A DNA stretch of 64,000 nt, from positions 1-64,000 of the forward strand of contig CAWEPZ010000009.1 of the NCBI GenBank assembly GCA_963811105.1, in the 5' to 3' direction. A program made the position numbers and the translations under genes. The notes below the pieces were generated by a model. It made no database searches. It was given only the letters and a program-made list of their open reading frames with translations, and was not told the DNA's origin. Below, piece by piece: positions 40,418 through 50,518 of this stretch; the stretch's first letter is position 1, and every line of letters starts with the position of its first letter. This DNA comes from Candidatus Bathyarchaeota archaeon. Lineage in GTDB: Archaea > Thermoproteota > Bathyarchaeia > Bathyarchaeales > Bathycorpusculaceae.

Positions 40418-40514
40418 GCCAATAAGATATAATGTGCGCTTGGTAGGAGGGCTTAATGTTTCTTAAGAAGCTTTTGCCCTCCCACAAACAAAATTTCAGG
40501 AAAAGAAAAGAAAA

Positions 40515-43112
40515 ATGACAAACCTAAACAAAAATTTAATGAACACCTCATTTAATAGAACAAAGGCAATAACTGCAATCGTTTTGATACTACTGATGGC
40601 TTCTGCTGCTTTTATTGCACTAAAGCCAGTCAACGCTCAAGGCGTAACGGGGGACGTAGGTGGAACACCATCAACTTATGAATATTCTACTGCAAAACCA
40701 TCCAACGGCACTAGTATAACCTTTGGTGATCCCGACCTCAAAGCTTACCTCGCCATTTCACCTAACCCTGTAGGAGTTGGCCAAACCATTCTAGTTAACA
40801 TTTGGATGACGGTGGCTCCTGCGGCGGAACGACAACTTCAGCATTACACTGTCACATTTACGAGACCAGACGGAACAATAGACAAAATTGAGAATCTGAA
40901 GTCTTATGAAGCAGACGGAACATCCTGGTTCCAATACGTAGTTGACCAAGTTGGCACATGGCAAGCTGTATTTAGTTTCCCTGGGCAATTTTTCCCAGCA
41001 GGACGATACGCTAACGGTGTGCCAAACAGCACAGGTACGCAGAACTATGCTTATGATATGTACTATGAACCCGCTACTAGCCCAGTTACAAATCTTACTG
41101 TGCAGAGTGAACCTGTGATGTCTTGGTATTCTCCGTTGCCAACCGACTATTGGACTCGACCAATATCGATGAACAACAGAGAATGGAATGCGATTGCCGG
41201 AAACTTCCCATGGGATAAAATGGAGCTGTCTTCCTCAATGAACGGGAAGCAATCCTATTTGGGTCCATACATTACTGCGTCAAAGACGGCGCACGTAGTG
41301 TGGAAGAGACTGGACGCTTTTCCAACAGGCATTATCGGCGGTGAAGCAGGAAATTACGGCAACAAAGGCTCTGGCGACACTCCAAATGTAATCTTTGAGG
41401 GAAGATGCTACGACACTAGGACGGTAAGATGGTACAACGGGACGATGCTTAGCTGCGCTGTTTGCTACGACTTACGCACCGGAGAAATGTATTACATGAA
41501 TCCCACAGCTGCACCGTTCAATGGTTTGACGCCTACATGGATCGAATACACCAAAGGAACCAGCGCTGAAGTAGAGGGCGGTGGCGATGTCAACACTGTC
41601 ACGGCAAGTCTCAAATTGATTTCAGGCAACTTTATGTACGTTATCAACCCATCCACTGGAGCCATAACAAGCAACATAACGCTCGGTGGCTTGACAGCAA
41701 CAATCCGCCACGGCGACTGGGCATTAATGTTCCAGACAAACAACACAGCGCTATTCTCCGCAACCGCTCCCCTCAACACCACAGGCAGCGCCATAATCAA
41801 CTGGACCACACGCGGAACCAGCAACAACCCCCTGACTAGAATAACCAGCAACGTAACCAACGCTGAATTCAGATCCCTAGCGACTGGAGGAGTCGACCCA
41901 GAAGCAGGAACAAACATTGTTCAGACTAGATTCACAATTGGAAGCGTAGGCGGAGGACGCCTAGTAGGCTACAGTTTGGTAACAGGCAAATTGCTTTGGA
42001 ACAATTCGTATTCAGACAGCCCATTCAACCCAGGAACAAACTGTGCTGACGACGGAAAATACTTCTGTGTCTTTGAAAACGGGGTTGTTAGAGGCTTCGA
42101 CGCGTTTACTGGAAAAACACTATGGGAGACTCATACGGACTATCCTTGGGGTGAATTCTGGACATACTATGTTGCCTCAGGTCCTGTAGATCCTCGTTAT
42201 CCTAAAGCGGGCATATTCGTCGCAGACAGCTACGCTGGCACCTACGCTTTTAACTGGTCGACAGGCGCAATAGTCTGGCGCAGTTCTCACTTGGCACCCC
42301 CATTCGAAACTGGCTACAGCATCAACGGTACAGCGGGCACAAGCACCTATCCAGGCACCGGCACTCCAATCATTGCTGACGGGGTGGTATACATACAATC
42401 TAGCGAGCACACACAGACGGCACCATACGCCAGAGGCTACGGAACTTACTGCATCAACGCTACTACAGGAGAACTCATGTGGAAGTTAGACGAGCCCTGT
42501 GTCCTAGGAGCTGCAGCTGACGGCTACTCTATGGTAGGCGATCAATACAGCGGTTACATGTACGTCTTAGGCAAAAGCAAAAGCATGACAACAGTCGAAG
42601 CACCGCTGACCGCCATAAGCCAAGGACAAAGCATGATAATAAAAGGCACAGTTACTGACTTGTCTCCAGCTTCGCCGGGCGCAGCATGCGTTTCGGAAAA
42701 GTCGATGGGCGCATACATGAGCTATCTACATATGCAGTCCCAAATGCAAAACCTGCTACATCCTGACACAGTTACTGGGGTTCCAGTATCGATTGATGCT
42801 ATTGATCCAAACGGCAACTACATGCACATCGCAGACGTTACAAGTGACGTAAGCGGATCTTACAGCTACATGTGGAAACCTGACGCGGTAGGCAAATATG
42901 ATATTACTGCCGCATTCGTGGGAAGCCCATCTTACGGCAGCTCATTCGCAGAAACCGCAGTCGGCGTAACAGAAGCACCAGCAACATCAACACCAGTGCC
43001 AACACAGCAAGCAACAGTTCTACCACCATATGACATATACATCTTCGCAGCAGCCATAGCGATAATCATTGCAGTAGCCATCGCAACAGTGCTTATACTC
43101 CGAAAGAAATAA
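40515..43112 (+). CDS. PQQ-like beta-propeller surface protein, paralogue 1
   Basis: Signal peptide; PNPVGVGQ, DYWTRPI, TG..LW/TG.IVW blade repeats, SEHT; Thr/Pro linker, TM, RKK. Confidence 0.88.
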   Translation: MTNLNKNLMNTSFNRTKAITAIVLILLMASAAFIALKPVNAQGVTGDVGGTPSTYEYSTAKPSNGTSITFGDPDLKAYLAISPNPVGVGQTILVNIWMTVAPAAERQLQHYTVTFTRPDGTIDKIENLKSYEADGTSWFQYVVDQVGTWQAVFSFPGQFFPAGRYANGVPNSTGTQNYAYDMYYEPATSPVTNLTVQSEPVMSWYSPLPTDYWTRPISMNNREWNAIAGNFPWDKMELSSSMNGKQSYLGPYITASKTAHVVWKRLDAFPTGIIGGEAGNYGNKGSGDTPNVIFEGRCYDTRTVRWYNGTMLSCAVCYDLRTGEMYYMNPTAAPFNGLTPTWIEYTKGTSAEVEGGGDVNTVTASLKLISGNFMYVINPSTGAITSNITLGGLTATIRHGDWALMFQTNNTALFSATAPLNTTGSAIINWTTRGTSNNPLTRITSNVTNAEFRSLATGGVDPEAGTNIVQTRFTIGSVGGGRLVGYSLVTGKLLWNNSYSDSPFNPGTNCADDGKYFCVFENGVVRGFDAFTGKTLWETHTDYPWGEFWTYYVASGPVDPRYPKAGIFVADSYAGTYAFNWSTGAIVWRSSHLAPPFETGYSINGTAGTSTYPGTGTPIIADGVVYIQSSEHTQTAPYARGYGTYCINATTGELMWKLDEPCVLGAAADGYSMVGDQYSGYMYVLGKSKSMTTVEAPLTAISQGQSMIIKGTVTDLSPASPGAACVSEKSMGAYMSYLHMQSQMQNLLHPDTVTGVPVSIDAIDPNGNYMHIADVTSDVSGSYSYMWKPDAVGKYDITAAFVGSPSYGSSFAETAVGVTEAPATSTPVPTQQATVLPPYDIYIFAAAIAIIIAVAIATVLILRKK

Positions 43113-43134
43113 GCCGCAAAACCAAAACATCAAA

Positions 43135-43148
43135 CCCTTTCTTTTTTT
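43135..43148 (+). terminator. Oligo-T terminator
   Basis: CCCTTTCTTTTTTT after the stop; similar tracts follow paralogues 2 and 3. Confidence 0.6.
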
Positions 43149-43251
43149 AGAACAATTAGAACTATATGGGCTCTTACTGGGAAGCTTTTTTCATTGGTTC
43201 TTTTCTCTTTTTGGGGTCACGTCTCAAATTATAATAAAATTTAACTTTCTG

Positions 43252-43375
43252 CAGTTGTGTTGTCAGTGCTCCCTTTCCACAGTTGTGTTGTCAGTGCTCC
43301 CTTTCCACAGTTGTGTTGTCAGTGCCTTTCCACAGTTGTGTTGTCAGTGCCCACTTTCCACTAAGCTTTATAAGC
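43252..43375 (+). repeat. Four tandem copies (28/28/25/28 bp) of the operator, abutting the TATA box of paralogue 2
   Basis: CAGTTGTGTTGTCAGTGC(TC/CC)..TTTCCA at 43252, 43280, 43308, 43333, then C-N6-TTATAAGC. Confidence 0.93.
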
Positions 43376-43469
43376 ACACCAAACGCACTGTGTGGACCAT
43401 CGGGGGAGGCAATTCTCTTAATAGAAGACTTGTTATTCCTCGAAGAAATTAAACGGGAGAGAAAAAAAA

Positions 43470-46055
43470 TTGAAAAACACAATAAGTAAAACAAAAATCA
43501 CAACCGCGATCATATTAGTTCTATTAATGGCTTCTTCAGCTTTGGTAGTAATGCATGAACCACTCATTGCACCAGCACGCGCTTATACACCGCTTCCAGG
43601 CGAATTCGGTGGATCATACTTCAACATTACAGGCGTAATGACCGCTCCACCCGCGGGAACAACACCCGCATGGTCATGGACACCCATAGCTTACCTCAGC
43701 GTTTCACCAGGCACCATAGGACAAGGTCAACAATTGCTAGTTAACATGTGGACTACACCTCCGTCAGGCGCAAACCGTTGCCGAGTCGGATACAAAGTGA
43801 CATTCACAAAGCCCGATGGCACTACTGATGTAGTTGGCCCGTTGAATTCTTATGTTGCAGACGGAACCTCTTGGTTTGATTATTATCCAGATCAAGTAGG
43901 CAATTGGACTGCAATCTTTGAAACACCAGCACAATATTACCCAGCAGGATCGTATCTGAACGGAAACCTAAACGGCTCAGCAGTTCCAGGAGTTAGTGGA
44001 TTTGGCGGCGGACCAACAACCTATCCTTCAGAATACTATGGCGATGCAATATCTGAAGTAACTACGTTCACAGTACAACAAAACCCAGTTTCCGGATGGT
44101 ACTCAACACTACCTACAAGTCAATACTGGACGCGCCCAATATCTATGAACAACAGAGAATGGCAAACAATCAGCGGAAACTATCCATGGACACAATGGAA
44201 TGCAGGCGGAATGATGAGTGCCGGTCCACGATACATGGGTCCATTCATCACCGGTTCTAACACTGCACACATACTATGGTCTCAACAGCAAGTCACAACA
44301 TTCCCAGCAGGCCTCATCGGCGGCGAAACCGGGAACTATGGAAACAAAGCAACTCCTGCTATGCCGAGTGTAATCTTTGAAGGAAGAGCATATGCAACTC
44401 AAACAGTCCAATGGTATAACGGGTCATTCCTTAGCTGCGCTGTCAGCTATGATTTACAAACTGGCCAATTCTACTACAAGATTCCTACAGCGGCGCCTTA
44501 CTATGGTATGACACCTACATTCATAGACTACTCACAGGCAACCAGCGGTGAAGTCCTTGACTCAGGCGATACAAATACTTACAACTCATATCTTTGCTTG
44601 CTCTCAGGAAACTTCCTGTACACGATTAATCCTGCAACTGGCGCCATAGCATCCAACGTAACAGTACCAACGAGCACTACTGCAGGAACATATCTATCAG
44701 GTGGCACACAACATAACGGATACGTACTGAACTTCCAGAACTTAGGTAGCGGAAACTACCGAATCATCAACTGGACAACATACCCGCCAACATCAACCAA
44801 CAGCAGTGCAAGGATAGTAAGCAACATAACATCCACATTCGGCAGCGCAAGTCAAATAGACTGGAGCACAGGCATTTCAATTACCCAAGTCCGATTCACC
44901 GAAGGCAATCTTAACGGCGGAGGAATCGTCGGCTACAACCTGGAAACAGGAAAAATGCAATTCAATGTATCAACCGGAGACGTTTCACCATTCAATGCAG
45001 GCACAGCAGTAGCTGACAGTGGACATTACTATTGCGTTATGGAAAATATGCAAGTTTGGGCATTCGATGTTTTCACTGGAGCCGTTGTGTGGAAGACACA
45101 AACAGAGTATCCGTGGGGAGACTTCTGGGGCTATACACAGGCTTCAGACGGTCAAACGTTCATTGCAATAGGTTATGGTGGAGTATACGCATTTAACGAG
45201 ACAAACGGCGCTATAGAATGGATCTTCAAGGGAGCATCTGTCCCATTCGAAACTCCATATGTTCAGAATGGCACAGGTCTTAATCCTGGCACAGGCTCAC
45301 CCGAAATTGCTAATGGAATCTGCTATATTGACAGCAACGAACATACGCCAAGCGCACCTTACACCCGTGGATGGAGTACATATGCAATCAACATGACTGA
45401 CGGTTCACTCGTTTACAAACTTGATGAACCAATGGTGGCGGGAGCAATGTCTGACGGATACACAATGTATCAGGATGGATATGACGGATTCATGTACGTT
45501 GTGGGCAAAGGTCCAAGCACAACAACCGTTTCAGCACCACAGCTCGCAGTCACCGCAGGAACAAGCGCAGTCATAACGGGATCAGTTCTTGATCAATCAG
45601 TAGCATCGCCAGATACGCCATGCGTTTCAGAAGCATCTATGGGCGACTACATGAGCTACATACACCTACAGACTACATGGCCAGGCTGGAGTATGGCAAA
45701 TGTTACTGGAGTTCCAGTATCTATTGATACTGTAGATCCAAATGGCAACTTTGTCCATATTGCAACCGTAACAAGTGACGCAACAGGACACTTTGGAGCC
45801 ACATGGACACCAGCAATCGCAGGCGACTACCATATATCCGCAACTTTCCCAGGCAGCAATTCATACGGAGCTTCATGGTCAGAAACATACGCAACAGTAG
45901 CATCAGCAACATCACCAACAACAACTCCAACACAAGCACCAGCTCAACCAGCAGTCGCAACTCAATCTGACGTAATGACATATGTCGCAATCGCTGCAGT
46001 AGCCATAATCATCGCAATAGCTATCGCAACAGTCTTAATGCTCAGAAAGAAATAA
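43470..46055 (+). CDS. PQQ-like beta-propeller surface protein, paralogue 2
   Basis: Same architecture; YWTRPISMNNREW, NEHTPSAPYTRGW, ends LMLRKK. Confidence 0.88.
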   Translation: MKNTISKTKITTAIILVLLMASSALVVMHEPLIAPARAYTPLPGEFGGSYFNITGVMTAPPAGTTPAWSWTPIAYLSVSPGTIGQGQQLLVNMWTTPPSGANRCRVGYKVTFTKPDGTTDVVGPLNSYVADGTSWFDYYPDQVGNWTAIFETPAQYYPAGSYLNGNLNGSAVPGVSGFGGGPTTYPSEYYGDAISEVTTFTVQQNPVSGWYSTLPTSQYWTRPISMNNREWQTISGNYPWTQWNAGGMMSAGPRYMGPFITGSNTAHILWSQQQVTTFPAGLIGGETGNYGNKATPAMPSVIFEGRAYATQTVQWYNGSFLSCAVSYDLQTGQFYYKIPTAAPYYGMTPTFIDYSQATSGEVLDSGDTNTYNSYLCLLSGNFLYTINPATGAIASNVTVPTSTTAGTYLSGGTQHNGYVLNFQNLGSGNYRIINWTTYPPTSTNSSARIVSNITSTFGSASQIDWSTGISITQVRFTEGNLNGGGIVGYNLETGKMQFNVSTGDVSPFNAGTAVADSGHYYCVMENMQVWAFDVFTGAVVWKTQTEYPWGDFWGYTQASDGQTFIAIGYGGVYAFNETNGAIEWIFKGASVPFETPYVQNGTGLNPGTGSPEIANGICYIDSNEHTPSAPYTRGWSTYAINMTDGSLVYKLDEPMVAGAMSDGYTMYQDGYDGFMYVVGKGPSTTTVSAPQLAVTAGTSAVITGSVLDQSVASPDTPCVSEASMGDYMSYIHLQTTWPGWSMANVTGVPVSIDTVDPNGNFVHIATVTSDATGHFGATWTPAIAGDYHISATFPGSNSYGASWSETYATVASATSPTTTPTQAPAQPAVATQSDVMTYVAIAAVAIIIAIAIATVLMLRKK

Positions 46056-46245
46056 ACAAAAAAAATCAAACCCTTTTCTTTTTTTAGTTTTTATTACAGT
46101 AAGAGTTTTTAAGGCTCTCTGACGGGGGCATTTTACAGTTTCCAATAGGTTTTTTCTGCTTAAAATCTGAAAAATTTCAAACAGACTCACTATTCGGCTC
46201 AAAAATTGAAGTTTTGATAACCAAACACGTGTGTCTCTGTACTTG

Positions 46246-46282
46246 TGTCGTCAGTGGTCACTTTCCACACAAAGTTATAAGC
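46246..46282 (+). promoter_or_regulatory. Conserved operator plus TATA box of paralogue 3
   Basis: TGTCGTCAGTGGTCACTTTCCAC-N6-TTATAAGC. Confidence 0.8.
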
Positions 46283-46367
46283 AATTATCCTTCAATGTAT
46301 TTCCATGAGGAAGGCATAATTTTACTAAGAAAATTGTTTTCCTCAATAAACTATAGGAAGAGAAAAA

Positions 46368-48956
46368 ATGAAAAACCAAAAAATAATTGCGATAACCACA
46401 ATAATGCTTATGATTGCATCTATGATGCTAATGACTAATGGATTCGTGAAAGCGGCTGCACCGACAGTACCGACTTCAGGACCACTAGCTAGCGATGTTA
46501 GCGTTAACCAAACCGTAGTTTCTGCACACTTAAGCTTCAGACCTAACCCAGTCGGCGTTGGACAACCAGTACTAGTGAACATTTGGACCAGCCCCGCACC
46601 AGGCACAAATCGAAACCACCCACACTACTTAGTAACAATCACTCATCCTGACGGAACAAAAGACGTAATAGACAAGCCCTCATACGTAGCGGACGGAACA
46701 CAATGGTTCGAGTTCACACCAGACGTAGCTGGAGCATGGACTATTCAATTCGCATTTCCAGGCACATACTTCCCCGCAGGAACATACCTTTCTGGCACGT
46801 GGCTAAACAGTAGTACTAACCTAGGTAGCTTAGGATTAGGCGCAGTAGGGCCATCATCATATGCCCAAGCAGCTTACTACATGCCCGATACCACCCCAGT
46901 ACAAAACTTAACAGTGCAACAAGACATGGTTGGTTCTTGGCCGGTAGCTCCGTTACCAACAGACTATTGGACAAGACCAGTAAGCTTTAACATGAGAGAA
47001 TGGTGGCCAATCCTAGGCGCTTTTCCATGGTATGGACCAAGCGGGGTAACAGACCAGTTATGGCAACAATACTATCCTAATACCAGCTCAGTTTACAATC
47101 CAAGATCACAGTTCACTCCGTGGGTTCAAGGACCAAACAGCTGCCATGTAGTTTGGAAACAGATGCGAAACATTGATGGAATAGTCGGCGGAGACCAGAC
47201 AATCGCAGCATTAGGCTTCGAACTCAACGGGTACGGCGGAAAACCAAGCATAATATACGATGGCAGAGCCTATCAAACTATTAGCAAAGTGAATACAACT
47301 GGATCCAATAGTCTAACTTATTGGCAATGCTATGATATACGCACGGGACAACTTTACTGGGAACGCCCAATGTACCCAGGAGAAACAGCTCCAACAATCC
47401 TTGAATACACAACCGTTTCATATTCAGGTTCAGGAGTAATCGGCGCTGACATCACACCAAACACACCAGTTCTATTGTCCATAGGCAGTTCTGCTTTACG
47501 AACGTACAATCCTTTGACAGGTGCTATGACGGGAAACTATTCGATTGCTCCATTGACAACAGGCACATACTACATGAACGGATACTGCTTAAGTGTACAA
47601 AACATTGGTACAACTCAAGTCCCTAGCTATCGTTTGATCAACTGGACAACACAAGGAACAAGTGCAACAATTAATTCTAGAGTTGCAAGCAACACAACCT
47701 ACGCTTTGAGTGCACTTCCAAGCATTGTTGATTATGGCTCAGGCTATGGCGCAGCGGTCTCTGATGTCTCAGATGCTGGTACAGGCTCTTACACTAGAAT
47801 GAGGATAATTGGCTACAACCTCTGGACTGGCGAAATAACATTTAATACAACAATCAACGAACCACAATACAGCGGTTCTGCTAACCTTGCTGACCATGGC
47901 AAAGTCGCCGTATTATCCGCAAACGGATACTACGTAGCGTATGACCTAGCTACTGGCCACCTAGCATGGACAGGTCAAAAGATGGATTATCCATGGGATA
48001 GTTCAGGCTTTGGCACTTACGGTGTGCAATCAGCCTATGGTATGCTGTACAGAGAAGCTTATTCTGGCATTTACGCTTTTGACTGGAACACTGGCAAAAT
48101 AGTGTGGAAGTTCGAAGATCAAGCAGCATTCCCATATGAAGGTTCATACACCCTGCCTAACGGAACAACAACCTATCCATTTGACGACACTGCAATAATC
48201 GTCGACGGCAAAATGTACGTGTATAACGGCGAACATACCCCTAACGTTCCATTTACAAGAGGCTGGAGAACTTACGCAATCAACGCCACCAATGGCCAAC
48301 AAATCTGGGCTGTTTCAATTCCTGGATCTTCATATTTTAGCAGTACAGACTTAGTAGCAGCTGAAGGTTACTTATCTCTTGGTGGTGCTGACGGTTACCA
48401 ATACTGGTTCGGAAGAGGCTTAAGCGCTACTACTGTAACCGCTTCGCCAAAAGTCGTTGCAGATGGCTCACAAGTCCTCATCGAAGGCACTGTACTAGAT
48501 CAATCACCTGCTCAAATAGGAACACCCTGCGTATCTGATGCTTCGATGGCGACAGCTATGAATCACATCCATCAACAATTTCCAATCAACGGCATCACTG
48601 GCACTGAAACAATAACAGGTGTCCCATTAACGCTAACAGCTATTGGCACAGATGGTTCAGTTATCCCAATTGGCACAGTCACAACAAACGGCTACTACGG
48701 CACATACAGTTACGCATGGCAACCAACAAAACAAGATACTTACACTATTACAGCTTCATTTGCAGCAACAGACTCATACGGTAGCTCTTCTGCAGCAACC
48801 AGCGTCGTGGTAGGCGCAGCGGCATTAACTCCAACAGCAACACCAACACAAATAGCAACAGCGATAACAGACTACACCATAACAATTGTTGGCATGGGGA
48901 TCGCAGTAATTATTGCAGTTGCAATAGTCGGTCTCTTAATCCTTAGGAAAAGATAA
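46368..48956 (+). CDS. PQQ-like beta-propeller surface protein, paralogue 3
   Basis: Same architecture; PNPVGVGQ, DYWTRPV, GEHTPNVPFTRGW, ends LILRKR. Confidence 0.88.
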   Translation: MKNQKIIAITTIMLMIASMMLMTNGFVKAAAPTVPTSGPLASDVSVNQTVVSAHLSFRPNPVGVGQPVLVNIWTSPAPGTNRNHPHYLVTITHPDGTKDVIDKPSYVADGTQWFEFTPDVAGAWTIQFAFPGTYFPAGTYLSGTWLNSSTNLGSLGLGAVGPSSYAQAAYYMPDTTPVQNLTVQQDMVGSWPVAPLPTDYWTRPVSFNMREWWPILGAFPWYGPSGVTDQLWQQYYPNTSSVYNPRSQFTPWVQGPNSCHVVWKQMRNIDGIVGGDQTIAALGFELNGYGGKPSIIYDGRAYQTISKVNTTGSNSLTYWQCYDIRTGQLYWERPMYPGETAPTILEYTTVSYSGSGVIGADITPNTPVLLSIGSSALRTYNPLTGAMTGNYSIAPLTTGTYYMNGYCLSVQNIGTTQVPSYRLINWTTQGTSATINSRVASNTTYALSALPSIVDYGSGYGAAVSDVSDAGTGSYTRMRIIGYNLWTGEITFNTTINEPQYSGSANLADHGKVAVLSANGYYVAYDLATGHLAWTGQKMDYPWDSSGFGTYGVQSAYGMLYREAYSGIYAFDWNTGKIVWKFEDQAAFPYEGSYTLPNGTTTYPFDDTAIIVDGKMYVYNGEHTPNVPFTRGWRTYAINATNGQQIWAVSIPGSSYFSSTDLVAAEGYLSLGGADGYQYWFGRGLSATTVTASPKVVADGSQVLIEGTVLDQSPAQIGTPCVSDASMATAMNHIHQQFPINGITGTETITGVPLTLTAIGTDGSVIPIGTVTTNGYYGTYSYAWQPTKQDTYTITASFAATDSYGSSSAATSVVVGAAALTPTATPTQIATAITDYTITIVGMGIAVIIAVAIVGLLILRKR

Positions 48957-49096
48957 TAAAACAGCAACCAAAAAATCAGCACCCCTTTTCTTTTTTTATG
49001 TTTTGCAAATGCTTTTTTTAGCTGACCAGCATATCTGAAATTCAAAGCGTAATCGATAGGCATTTAGGCTTGAGAATAAGTATTAGATGAAAACAG

Positions 49097-50389
49097 TTGA
49101 TTCACATGGCTTTGAAGAAAATTACCGATGTATTGGAAGGACGCTGCACAGAGCAAAACGTGACAGTGCGAGGTTGGGTTTACCGTAAACGTGAAGGGAA
49201 AGAGCTAATTTTTCTGGTAGTTCGCGATTCAACAGGCTTTATCCAATGTACAGTAAAAAAAACCAGCTCTGGCTGGAGCGAAGCACAGCGTTTAACAATT
49301 GAATCATCTTTAACACTAGAAGGCACAGCAAAAGAAGATAAGCGAGCACCTGGCGGATACGAAATAAGCGCAGAAAGCATAACAATTATTGGTTTAGCGG
49401 AAACTTTTCCAATAGCAAAGGACAAAAGCGAGGAATTCATTCGCGACATGCGTCACCTTTGGCTCCGCAGCCGAAAAATGAATTTGGTCATGAGAGTTCG
49501 CGGAGATGTGTTAGAAGCAGCACGCCAATACTTCAAAAGCCAAAATTATACTGAAGTTTCACCGCCAATGTTTATTTCCGCAGCTGTTGAAGGCGGCTCA
49601 ACATTGTTCGGCTTGAAATATTTTGATCAAGACCTATACCTAACACAGAGCAGCCAGCTCTACCTTGAAATTCTAATCTACTCTTTAGAAAACGTCTATT
49701 GTATTGCACCCTCGTTCAGAGCTGAAAAAAGTAGAACAATCCGACATTTAACTGAGTATTGGCACATTGAAGGCGAATGGCCTTTTGCCGATATGAATGA
49801 TTTGATGAAATTTGAAGAAGGATTAATGTTGCATATTTGCAAAACCGTCGGCGATAAATGCGAAAAAGAATTCAAAGAATTGGGTGCTGATATAAACAAG
49901 CTAAGAGAAGTTAAAACTCCGTTTCCACGCATAACTTACGCCGAGGCAATTAACAGGTTGAAAGTCAAAAATCCCGCGTTGAGTTGGGGTGTTGACTTAG
50001 GTTATGAGGATGAGAAAGTCTTGGCTGAAGAATTTGGCATGCCATTCTTCGTTTACGATTATCCGACTGCGATTAAAGCGTTTTACTGCAAAACCTACAA
50101 AGATCACCCTGAGGTTGCCATGTCAGTTGATATGATGGTGCCTCGCATCGGCGAAATCAGCACAGGTGGGGCGAGAGAAGAAAATAAAGACACACTTATT
50201 GCTCGAATGAAAGAGCAAGACCTCAAGCCTGAAGAGTACGAATGGTATCTTGACCTGAGGCGTTATGGTACGGTGCCGCACGTTGGTTTTGGCATGGGAC
50301 TTGAACGGCTGATTACGTGGATGCTTGACTTAGACAACATAATGGACTCTATTCCTTTTCCAAGAACAACTCGTAGATTCTACCCTTAA
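49097..50389 (+). CDS. asnS: Asparagine--tRNA ligase
   Basis: OB fold VRGWVYRKR, RHLWLRS, EGGSTLF, LTQSSQLYLE, FRAEKSRTIRHLTEYWHIE, YLDLRRYGTVPHVGFGMGLER. Confidence 0.95.
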   Translation: MIHMALKKITDVLEGRCTEQNVTVRGWVYRKREGKELIFLVVRDSTGFIQCTVKKTSSGWSEAQRLTIESSLTLEGTAKEDKRAPGGYEISAESITIIGLAETFPIAKDKSEEFIRDMRHLWLRSRKMNLVMRVRGDVLEAARQYFKSQNYTEVSPPMFISAAVEGGSTLFGLKYFDQDLYLTQSSQLYLEILIYSLENVYCIAPSFRAEKSRTIRHLTEYWHIEGEWPFADMNDLMKFEEGLMLHICKTVGDKCEKEFKELGADINKLREVKTPFPRITYAEAINRLKVKNPALSWGVDLGYEDEKVLAEEFGMPFFVYDYPTAIKAFYCKTYKDHPEVAMSVDMMVPRIGEISTGGAREENKDTLIARMKEQDLKPEEYEWYLDLRRYGTVPHVGFGMGLERLITWMLDLDNIMDSIPFPRTTRRFYP

Positions 50390-50518
50390 CCCACCTTCTT
50401 TTTGGGTTAAGCAAAGGCTCAATTTATATTTGTTAGCCGCTTTTGCTCTAAGAAATGGATTTTTCGTCTCTCCTACGTCGATCTGCCATTAAGAATTGCT
50501 TAATAGCTAATTGACAAC

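Noticed and set aside
43252-43360. Mini CRISPR array (28-bp repeats)
   Set aside because: Repeats are head-to-tail without spacers and match the promoter motif of the sister genes.
43255-43494. Cys-rich ORFs MCCQCSLS... and their antisense ORF
   Set aside because: Translation artefacts of the tandem operator repeat.
40515-48956. Diversity-generating retroelement or shufflon acting on the paralogues
   Set aside because: No reverse transcriptase, recombinase, adenine-specific TR/VR pair or inverted cassettes are visible.
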